Shown: positions 1-7,775 of the stretch, piece by piece
How the letters are laid out: the number at the start of each line of letters is the position of its first letter
How positions within the stretch are numbered: the stretch's first letter is position 1
Notes under the pieces: model-generated
What the model was told of the DNA's origin: nothing
Seen by the model: the letters and a program-made list of their open reading frames with translations, nothing else
Database searches by the model: none
Made by a program: the position numbers and the translations under genes
From: Puniceicoccales bacterium
GTDB taxonomy: Bacteria; Verrucomicrobiota; Verrucomicrobiia; Opitutales; LL51
DNA: 32,000 nt
Direction: 5' to 3'
Assembly: GCA_031283585.1 (NCBI GenBank)
Contig: JAITBP010000001.1
Coordinates: 20,044-52,043, forward strand

Positions 1-103
1 CACAGCCGCTTCCTATAATCACAACATTTTCCACCACCAGGGTCAGAATGAAATGGTTTTGATGGCCATCTGCAAGTAAAATACGTCCTCAGGATTTTAC
101 CTG

Positions 104-1063
104 TCAATGATAGTGCCGGACCCGGTTTTGCCAGGAGAAGCTATTAAGGTAGTAGGCTCCAATGACAGCCAGTGATAGCAGCAAAACCACAAAGGGCGAG
201 TCCGTAACCCTGTGAGTGCCGAAAAATGTAAGTGGTGCAGTGGAAATATGAGCAAATTCTTTGTATGTGAGCAGTGAAAAGACCATGCCCCAGTGGATGC
301 CGATGGCAATGGCCAGGGACTGATATCTCAATGTGATGAGGCAGAGCAACATGCCGAGTAGGGTAAGTGTTGAAAATTCGACAACAGAGAAGTAGGTTAT
401 CCAGGAAGTGATATAGGAATAGGCACATAGAAATCCATCTTTTATGCTGGTGTAACCATTTTCATCCAATGAAATATGCCCCTTGAAATGCATGTATGCA
501 AAGAACATGGAAGACAAAATAACGGCTATTATTGGCCTAAACGCTGTGTAAAATATTTTCAGTAGAATGTTTCTGAAGACTATTTCTTCAAAAAAGGCCA
601 CGCTGGCACTGATCATAAGAAAATATATGAGCGTTGTTATCGGGTTTTCTGGTTTGGAAATTGTTCTAGAGGATGGCGATAGGTAGCAATGTGGAATTGT
701 CGCCAGAAATACAAGAGCCAGGCCAATTAGAAAACCATAGCCCAGTGATTGCCATCGGAGCTTTCCGATAAAAATATCCTTTGTAAATCTAAATTTTTTT
801 GTCAGAACCACGATGCCGATGCCGATTGGAATCCAACGAATCCGATCAAAAAAAGCACCTAATCCTTTGGTTACTAAATACCTACCGACGCCAGTATGGT
901 AGTTTTTTTCAAAAAATAATACCAAATTAAACACCAGCGGTGATATAATGGCTGTGGATATCATCGATGTGGCCATGATAAGGATCAATGCGATCAACCC
1001 ATCGGATGAAAATTTTTCAACCTTGTTCGAGAGTAGGAATTCGCATTGCCTGGGTAGTGGCAT
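104..1063 (-). CDS. CPBP-family intramembrane glutamic endopeptidase (CAAX protease / Abi-like), polytopic membrane protein
   Basis: 319-aa ORF, very hydrophobic. CPBP motif 1 EExxxR is present as FFEEIVFRN. Motif 2 FxxxH is present as FAYMHF. A later GIHWG histidine motif is also present. Confidence 0.75.
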   Translation of the reverse strand: MPLPRQCEFLLSNKVEKFSSDGLIALILIMATSMISTAIISPLVFNLVLFFEKNYHTGVGRYLVTKGLGAFFDRIRWIPIGIGIVVLTKKFRFTKDIFIGKLRWQSLGYGFLIGLALVFLATIPHCYLSPSSRTISKPENPITTLIYFLMISASVAFFEEIVFRNILLKIFYTAFRPIIAVILSSMFFAYMHFKGHISLDENGYTSIKDGFLCAYSYITSWITYFSVVEFSTLTLLGMLLCLITLRYQSLAIAIGIHWGMVFSLLTYKEFAHISTAPLTFFGTHRVTDSPFVVLLLSLAVIGAYYLNSFSWQNRVRHYH

Positions 1064-1177
1064 AGTTGATTAGGTGATTTTAATAGTATTATGTCAATGG
1101 CATCATTGGAATTTTCAATGCAATGTGTCTAATTCGTATGGTTGACTTTCTATTATTTTGCCTCAGGCTCTAACTTT

Positions 1178-2176
1178 GTGAAAGCTCTTGTCACAGGAGG
1201 AAGTGGTTTCCTCGGTTTTCATTTAGTTACTCTATTGCAGAAGCATGGCATGGAAGTGCGTTCGTTTGCGAGGAAAAAACAGCATGTTTTACCCGAGCGT
1301 GGTGTTGAATGTGTGTCCGGCAACGTTACCTTTGAAGAGGAAGTTGACCTGGCCATGAGAGATGGCATTGATGTGGTTTTTCATACCGCTGGTAAGGCTG
1401 GCATTGGCTGCCAATTCGACGAGTATTTTTCCACCAATGTCCTGGGAACTGAGAATGTGATAAAGGCATGCAAGAAATACGGCGTGAAGTATTTGATATA
1501 TACCAGTTCGCCAAGTGTCGTTTTCAATGGTAAATCGTTTTCCGGTGGAGACGAAAGCCTTCCCTATGGTAACAATTATCACTGGCATTATGCCAGAACC
1601 AAGGCAATGGCAGAGAAATATGTATTGGGTGCCAATGGCGATGAATTGAGGACAGTAGCCGTAAGGCCGCATATGATTATTGGGCCTGGCGAGCCTCATT
1701 TTATGCCAAAAATCGTAGCAAGAGCCCAGATTGGAGAATTGAAAGTCGTCGGCGATGGGCAAAATGTGGTCGATATTACCATGGTAGAGAACGCTGCCTG
1801 GGCTCATTTTCTCGCATTTAAAGCTATAAAAGAGGATGATACTGCCTGTGGGAAAGCCTATTTCATCGGCCAGGAATCACCCATACGGTTGTGGGACTTT
1901 ATAAACGATGCCCTTGAATTCATTGGTATTGAAAGAGTTACTAGCTCCGTTCATCTATGGAAAGCCTATAGCCTAGGTTTTTTCTATGAAAAACTCTATT
2001 CGGCCATAAGTTTTTCGAAGGATCCGCCGATGACCAGGGCCCTGGCAATCGCCTTGAGCAAAAACCATTATTTTTCCCATGAAGCCGCCAAAAGAGACCT
2101 GGGCTATGAGCCGATAGTCTCATTGGCCGAGGGCAAACAAAGGATGTTTAAGTCATTAATAGATCTTATCCTGTGA
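1178..2176 (+). CDS. NAD(P)-dependent epimerase/dehydratase of the 3-beta-hydroxysteroid dehydrogenase/isomerase (NSDHL-like) family
   Basis: Rossmann motif VTGGSGFLG at the N-terminus and catalytic YxxxK (YARTKAMAEK). The block VFHTAG...NVLGTENVIKACKKYGVKYLIYTSSPSVVF is typical of the 3-beta-HSD family. The ORF track starts at TTG 1142. I prefer GTG 1178, which gives (M)KALVTGGSGF directly at the N-terminus. Confidence 0.8.
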   Translation: MKALVTGGSGFLGFHLVTLLQKHGMEVRSFARKKQHVLPERGVECVSGNVTFEEEVDLAMRDGIDVVFHTAGKAGIGCQFDEYFSTNVLGTENVIKACKKYGVKYLIYTSSPSVVFNGKSFSGGDESLPYGNNYHWHYARTKAMAEKYVLGANGDELRTVAVRPHMIIGPGEPHFMPKIVARAQIGELKVVGDGQNVVDITMVENAAWAHFLAFKAIKEDDTACGKAYFIGQESPIRLWDFINDALEFIGIERVTSSVHLWKAYSLGFFYEKLYSAISFSKDPPMTRALAIALSKNHYFSHEAAKRDLGYEPIVSLAEGKQRMFKSLIDLIL

Positions 2177-2217
2177 TACATACCACGCTGGAATAATCGA
2201 TTACGATGTATGTTGAT

Positions 2218-2769
2218 TCAAAGAGCTAGATGCTTTGCAAACTCTAATAAATCACGAAAGGAAGTAACTTTGCCAGAATTTATTAGGGCCGCCAGTGGAT
2301 CTGTCCTGGGCTTACCGGTGGCCACATGGATGGCATTGATGCCCGCGTTTATACCAGCCAATGCATCCAGGTCTTTGTCTCCTACCATATAACAGGCCCT
2401 GGGCGATAGGTCGTATTTTCCTATCATCTCTAGGATAAACCGTGGGGAAGGTTTCCGATAAAAGTATGAGTTTTCCTGGTTTGGTGGTTCGGTGGCGATA
2501 CAGATTTCATCAAAACAGTTGGGAATTCCTAGCAGGCTGATGAGTTTATTGTTACAGGCCTCCACGTCGGCAAGAGTATATTTACCAAGCGATACCCCAC
2601 TTTGATTCGTGAACAGAAATAGCTTATATTCAGCGTTTTTTAGCAAATGAATTGCTTCGGTTGTTCCGTCTAGTAATTGAATTTCTTCCGGATCGCAGAC
2701 ATAGCCATGATCCACATTTAGCGTGCCATCTCGGTCAAGAAAGATGCCAGAATTTTTAGATCTTTTCAT
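2218..2769 (-). CDS. gmhB: HAD-IIIA phosphatase, D-glycero-D-manno-heptose-1,7-bisphosphate 7-phosphatase (GmhB)-like
   Basis: IFLDRDGTLNVDHGYV is almost identical to the E. coli GmhB N-terminus. HAD motifs FTNQSG, RKP and MVGDKDLD are present. At 183 aa the size is right. Confidence 0.75.
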   Translation of the reverse strand: MKRSKNSGIFLDRDGTLNVDHGYVCDPEEIQLLDGTTEAIHLLKNAEYKLFLFTNQSGVSLGKYTLADVEACNNKLISLLGIPNCFDEICIATEPPNQENSYFYRKPSPRFILEMIGKYDLSPRACYMVGDKDLDALAGINAGINAIHVATGKPRTDPLAALINSGKVTSFRDLLEFAKHLAL

Positions 2770-2805
2770 CTTGCACAGGCATTACAATCCAGATAGTATC
2801 CGGCT

Positions 2806-3714
2806 GTGTTTGAGCTATTCAAGAAATTTCGGAGTAAGGTCAAAAAAACATCAACAAAGCTGTTCGATATAATCGATGGAATATTTTCAAAGGGGCTGGA
2901 CCAGAATACAATCGAAGCCCTTGAGGAGGCTATGTATAGTGCTGATTTCGGAGTGGATACAACCGGTGAAATTTTGGCCAGGATAAAAGAGGCTTATAAA
3001 ACCGACAAGCAACTCAAGGGTCAATCAGTTATAGACATAGCTTCTTCTGTGCTAAAAAAAATCATGGCCGGTGCCGATGTGGATGTGGATTTTCCCGATG
3101 TGCCCACGGTGATATGTTTAGTTGGTGTAAATGGTTCTGGTAAAACGACCACAGCGGCAAAGTTGGCAAATAAATTTTCAAACGAGGGTAAAAGTGTCCT
3201 GGTCGGTGCCTGTGATACTTTTAGGGCTGCGGCAAACGAACAAATAAAGGAGTGGTCAAAAAAATTGGGATTTGATCTAATTGGTAGTCAACATGGTGCA
3301 GATTCTGCGTCGGTTGCCTTCGATACCTATGAAGCTGCGATTGCAAGAAAAAAAAATGTGGTTATTCTGGATACCGCCGGGCGGTTACATAATAAGGATT
3401 CTTTGATGGTCGAGCTTGATAAACTAAAACGCGTTTTAGGTAAAAAAAATGCAGCTGCACCTCATCATAGCTGGCTTGTTCTGGATGCCGGAGTCGGTGT
3501 AAATTCTCTGGCTTCGGCAAAAAAATTTCACGAAGCTTTTGGCCTGACCGGTATTATAATTACGAAATTGGATGGCACCAGTAAGGCTGGAGCGGCCGTA
3601 GGTATATACAAAGAACTTGGATTGCCAATCAATTTTGTTGGGCTAGGCGAGGGCCCCGACGACATCCACAGGTTTTCCGTCGATTGGTACATCGATCTGT
3701 TGTTTTCGCGGTGA
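2806..3714 (+). CDS. ftsY: Signal recognition particle receptor FtsY (short form, no acidic A domain)
   Basis: SRP-GTPase motifs GVNGSGKTTTAAKLA, DTAGRLHNK and TKLDGTSKAG. N-terminus MFELFKKFRSKVKKT is typical. GTG start. Confidence 0.93.
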   Translation: MFELFKKFRSKVKKTSTKLFDIIDGIFSKGLDQNTIEALEEAMYSADFGVDTTGEILARIKEAYKTDKQLKGQSVIDIASSVLKKIMAGADVDVDFPDVPTVICLVGVNGSGKTTTAAKLANKFSNEGKSVLVGACDTFRAAANEQIKEWSKKLGFDLIGSQHGADSASVAFDTYEAAIARKKNVVILDTAGRLHNKDSLMVELDKLKRVLGKKNAAAPHHSWLVLDAGVGVNSLASAKKFHEAFGLTGIIITKLDGTSKAGAAVGIYKELGLPINFVGLGEGPDDIHRFSVDWYIDLLFSR

Positions 3715-3818
3715 CCACAGCTTCCAATGGATTAGTCCAGTTATTTTTTTGGCGAATATTTTTACAATTTTTTATCTTTTTGGTTGACTAGATCGGCCAT
3801 TATCATGATATCACATTC

Positions 3819-4271
3819 GTGTTGGGACTTGCCACGGGATGCCTAGAATACATATTACGGCTAATCACTGTGGCTCCGTTTTTCATTAGTTTAGCTCAAG
3901 CCGAGCCAATTTATTTTTCCATCCAGACTGGACAGGTCGATTTGGCCACGGGGTTACATCAGGATAATGGATTTGGCCGGGAAAATAATGAAGTGATTGC
4001 CCTCCCCAATGTGATAGAACTGCCCGTAGCAGAAGCAGAAAACGATATTGAGAATTTTTGGTATCCAGTTATCGATGTTCGTGCAGATATCTATTATCGG
4101 TGGTTTGGTAAACAACGTTGCAGTAAAAAACATCGTCGTAACCAAACACAATTTCATAAAACTAGGGATAGGAAGCCTAATAAGCCTAATAGATATTGCG
4201 GACAGAATCGTACGTCTGCTAGACAGAACGATTGGCTTAGCAGAGAAGATGATATGGATAATTGGTGGTAA
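3819..4271 (+). CDS. Hypothetical protein; coding status ambiguous. Signal-peptide-like N-terminus, basic C-terminal third.
   Basis: 150-aa ORF with a GTG start. The N-terminus LRLITVAPFFISLAQA/EP resembles a Sec signal. The C-terminal part is R/K/N/Q-rich. The +1 frame (4030..4299) and an antisense ORF (3954..4295) are open over the same DNA, so the call is weak. Confidence 0.25.
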   Translation: MLGLATGCLEYILRLITVAPFFISLAQAEPIYFSIQTGQVDLATGLHQDNGFGRENNEVIALPNVIELPVAEAENDIENFWYPVIDVRADIYYRWFGKQRCSKKHRRNQTQFHKTRDRKPNKPNRYCGQNRTSARQNDWLSREDDMDNWW

Positions 4272-4311
4272 TTTTCCAATTATTGACTTGCTCAATTGAT
4301 ATTAAAAGGCA

Positions 4312-4339
4312 TTGACTTTATCGATGTCGAAAGTACAAG
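4312..4339 (+). promoter_or_regulatory. Candidate sigma-70-type promoter for tRNA-Phe (TTGACT-N16-TACAAG)
   Basis: TTGACT at 4312-4317 and TACAAG at 4334-4339. The tRNA 5' end is at 4352. Hexamer matches only. Confidence 0.3.
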
Positions 4340-4351
4340 TCACGACGGCAG

Positions 4352-4427
<76 letters not shown>

Positions 4428-4457
4428 TTTTTTAATTTTGTTTTACATTTTTTTAAA

Positions 4458-4480
4458 ATAACTAACTGTCAGTTAGTTAT
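4458..4480. repeat. Perfect 23-bp palindrome (11-bp arms, 1-nt centre) ATAACTAACTG-T-CAGTTAGTTAT overlapping the ATG at 4479
   Basis: Read directly from the sequence: both arms are exact reverse complements. It lies 31 nt after the tRNA-Phe 3' end. The last two bases are the A and T of the downstream start codon. Confidence 0.9.
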
Positions 4481-5321
4481 GAAAACAAAAATTAAATCGT
4501 TGTTATTGCTTTGTGCTCTGGTTTTTGGCCAGGCCAACGCTGGTCCACCCTATGGATCCAATGACTATAATATACTATATAAAGTAGCTAGGACCATGAC
4601 CTCCGGATCGCCAGAGGTAATGGTCATGGATGCTAGTATTGTCAAAGCTGGGCTGAAAAGCGCAATGCGTATATTATTATGCAAAAAACATCCCCGTAAA
4701 CTGTATGACATTTTGAAGGACTATTATGATAGTATGAGAATCTATACATATAACGTTGATGCTGTTGTTAGCGGTGGATTATGTATACCTTTATATCAAG
4801 GGGGGTATGCCTACCAAAGTGGCGATTATTCAGGGTTCATAGAAAATGAGCAACGGTCAATTGTACTTAATTTATCAGATGAAGATATTGTAGGATATAC
4901 AATACGTGATATGCATACATGGCATGAGGCCCATTGTTATTCCAAATTTTTTAACCCTCAGGAAATTGATAAAATGTTTGATGAAGACAATGAAGACCCA
5001 GCTGTACTTAGGCAGTGTGCAAATCTGAAAGCAGCTTTACTTGCTTTAGCAATGGAAATGTTAATGCTTATCTATGATATAAGTAACTATAGAGGAAATG
5101 ATTATCTGAGTGAATTTATGTCATTTTGTATCAATTACTTGAATACTGTTACCCCATTGCCTCCACTACGGTTAGACATATATAACACAGATAACTACTG
5201 CAATTACAACCATTACCTCTTACGTGTGGATGCGGTCATGAGTATATGTTTATTTATTCGTAAATTTATCGATGAAATGATAAACCAATTTACAAATTTA
5301 CCTATGACCATTTCTGATTAA
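4479..5321 (+). CDS. Hypothetical secreted, Cys-containing protein (Sec signal peptide); no recognisable family
   Basis: The internal ATG at 4479 gives MKTKIKSLLLLCALVFGQANA/GPP, a canonical signal peptide. The longer ORF-track start (4395) would overlap tRNA-Phe. The gene looks more AT-rich than its neighbours. Confidence 0.7.
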   Translation: MKTKIKSLLLLCALVFGQANAGPPYGSNDYNILYKVARTMTSGSPEVMVMDASIVKAGLKSAMRILLCKKHPRKLYDILKDYYDSMRIYTYNVDAVVSGGLCIPLYQGGYAYQSGDYSGFIENEQRSIVLNLSDEDIVGYTIRDMHTWHEAHCYSKFFNPQEIDKMFDEDNEDPAVLRQCANLKAALLALAMEMLMLIYDISNYRGNDYLSEFMSFCINYLNTVTPLPPLRLDIYNTDNYCNYNHYLLRVDAVMSICLFIRKFIDEMINQFTNLPMTISD

Positions 5322-7718
5322 ATAGGTGGTATTTTTCTCAATGGCTGCTTGGATTTTTTCAAAAGCCAGATTTACTGCTTCTGATTCAAGGGTTTTTTCA
5401 ATTGGTCTGAAACTTAGTTCAAATGATAGACTCTTTGAATCCGGTGGTAGGCCTTCGCCTCTATAGATATCAAACAGGTTGATTTCTTCTAAAAAGAAAC
5501 TGTTATCACAGGCAGCTTTGGCCATAGTGCTTAACTTATCTGTCACAACAGCAACTGGTTCGGAGCTACTGACCAGTAGTGAAATGTCCCGCAGAGCCCT
5601 GGGCAGTGGAGAAAACTTTTTGTATCGATGGATTTTTGGATTATCGCTAATTGCTGAGAAATCAGCGATAAGTTCAGCGGCAATAACCGGCAGGCCTATT
5701 TTGTGTGAATTGCATACTTTGTAATCAATGTACCCGACCCGCAGGCAGTAGGAATTCTTATCGATGTCACCAACGTAGGCCGAGTAATTTTTTTGCCAAA
5801 ACCTATTATTTAGTTCCAAGAAAAGAGGATGGGTCTCGATGCCTGCCAGTCCAGCAATGGCCAGTATTAGCTGCTTGGCGTCGTAAAAATTTGGCTTTTT
5901 ATGCGCTAGCCAGGATCTTTTAAGGCTTTCTGTCAGAATTACAAAGGCTACCGATATGGCTTCGGTTAAAATATTATCTTTGCAGCGAAACACGTTACCA
6001 ATCTCGAAGAGTCGCTGAGGGTTATTGCCGTTCTGGATATTATACCTGATGGTTTTTAGCAAGCCAGGCAACAGCGATGGCCTCAGATGGGTTTGATCAT
6101 CCAGCAATGGATTTGCAAGTTTTAACCCAGTGACGGAGGAAGTTATTGATTCCAGGTCGTTGATGGCCAGGAGCGTATAGTTATAGCATTCGTTGAAGTT
6201 ATTGTTTGCCAGAAAAATTCCGGCATTTTTTGTAAATTCTGAGATTTTATCAGATTTCCTATTAGAGACTTTTGTAACAAATTGCGTCTTTGGAATCCGA
6301 TCGGTTCCGTGTATACGTAGAATTTCTTCCACCAGATCGATGGGCCTGGTTACTTCCCAACGAAACGTTGGCACAGAGACTGTTATGGTACCATTTCCTG
6401 ACTCAACCACACCATACTGCAGACGCTTTAGCAGGGAAAGAATCTCTTCATCATCTATTTTAAATCCAAGAGTTTTTCTGACAAAATCCAGAGAAAGATC
6501 TATGGCAACGGCTTTCCTCCTGTTGTTGTCAACAACCAGGCAAGGTTCCTGGAGTTCGCCGCCGCATATTTCTAGTATCATGTTGACAGCCAATGCTCCA
6601 GCATCCGGGGTAAAATCAGAGTCTATTTCCCTGGAGTAGCGATAGGAGCTGTCGGTGTTTATTCCGAGTTTTCTTGCCGTTCGGTAGACTTTATTGGCAT
6701 CGAAATAGGCACTTTCCAGTAGAATATCTGTGGTGTGGCTGTCTATGCAGGAATCACTTCCGCCGATTATACCGGCTATGGCCAGTGCTCGGTTTGTATC
6801 GGCAATTACCGTATCATCGCTATCCATTTGATATTCGATTGAATCCAATGCAAGGATTTTTTCACCGCTATGTGCTTTGCGCACAATTATTTTGTTGTCG
6901 GTTATTTTTGATAGATCAAAGGCATGAAGCGGTTGTCCGAAGGAAAACATGATCCAATTCGTTATGTCCACTAGATTATTTATCGTTTTTACTCCAATGG
7001 ACTTTAGGTCTCGGATCAGCCAGGCCGGCGCCGGCCCAATTCTAACTCCTGAGATCTTCCAAGCCGAGTAGTATTTACAACAATCCGAGGAGATATCTAC
7101 GGAAAATGAATTCCCGTTGGCCTTGGGAGTGGGCTTCGAAACCCGGCGAGGTTTTAATGTCAGATTGTGGTATGCGGCCAGCTCTCGCGCGACACCATGA
7201 TGACAGAGCACATCACCCCGGTTTGCCGTTAGACTCAATTCAAAGGTAATATCTTCGGGGTCAAATAGTTCGTGAAATTTTTTGCCGATGGGTGTGTTTT
7301 TTTCGAGAATTAGCAGCCCGGAGTGATCGTTGGTCAATCCTAGCTCCATGCCGCTGCACATCATACCATCTGATGGAATGCCCCTCAGGTTGGATTTTTT
7401 GATTTTCGTACCATCGGGAAGAACTGTTCCGGGCAGTGCCACCGGTACATGATCATTGAGTTTGAAGTTATTTGCGCCACAGACGATCTGCCTTGTATCA
7501 TTTGATCCGACCATCACCTCGCATAGGCTAAGCCGTTCAGCATTAGGATGTTTCCCTATTTTTATTATCTCGCCGACCACCAGCGTATCCTGAGGTTTTA
7601 TTTCTTCACCGGAAATCGACTCTACCTCCAGGCCTAGATTAATAAGAGAATCCGTCAGTTCATCTTTTGTAACCTCAATATCAATAAATTTCTTTAGCCA
7701 CTTTAAATTTATTTTCAT
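5298..7718 (-). CDS. pheT: Phenylalanine--tRNA ligase beta subunit
   Basis: 806 aa. The N-terminus MKINLKWLKKFIDI...LTDSLINLGLEVE is typical of PheT. It is followed by the tRNA-binding OB domain, B3/4, B5 and C-terminal anticodon-binding-like regions. No pheS is adjacent. Confidence 0.95.
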   Translation of the reverse strand: MKINLKWLKKFIDIEVTKDELTDSLINLGLEVESISGEEIKPQDTLVVGEIIKIGKHPNAERLSLCEVMVGSNDTRQIVCGANNFKLNDHVPVALPGTVLPDGTKIKKSNLRGIPSDGMMCSGMELGLTNDHSGLLILEKNTPIGKKFHELFDPEDITFELSLTANRGDVLCHHGVARELAAYHNLTLKPRRVSKPTPKANGNSFSVDISSDCCKYYSAWKISGVRIGPAPAWLIRDLKSIGVKTINNLVDITNWIMFSFGQPLHAFDLSKITDNKIIVRKAHSGEKILALDSIEYQMDSDDTVIADTNRALAIAGIIGGSDSCIDSHTTDILLESAYFDANKVYRTARKLGINTDSSYRYSREIDSDFTPDAGALAVNMILEICGGELQEPCLVVDNNRRKAVAIDLSLDFVRKTLGFKIDDEEILSLLKRLQYGVVESGNGTITVSVPTFRWEVTRPIDLVEEILRIHGTDRIPKTQFVTKVSNRKSDKISEFTKNAGIFLANNNFNECYNYTLLAINDLESITSSVTGLKLANPLLDDQTHLRPSLLPGLLKTIRYNIQNGNNPQRLFEIGNVFRCKDNILTEAISVAFVILTESLKRSWLAHKKPNFYDAKQLILAIAGLAGIETHPLFLELNNRFWQKNYSAYVGDIDKNSYCLRVGYIDYKVCNSHKIGLPVIAAELIADFSAISDNPKIHRYKKFSPLPRALRDISLLVSSSEPVAVVTDKLSTMAKAACDNSFFLEEINLFDIYRGEGLPPDSKSLSFELSFRPIEKTLESEAVNLAFEKIQAAIEKNTTYLIRNGHR

Positions 7719-7775
7719 TATTCGCTGTTTATCTATCTCAAGTTTTAGCTGTAATGCAATATAATTTGCTGCAAA

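Noticed and set aside
4900-4945. Possible zinc-metalloprotease HExxH motif in the 280-aa exported protein (WHEAHCY)
   Set aside because: The sequence is H-E-A-H, that is HExH, not HExxH. No supporting third ligand motif was found.
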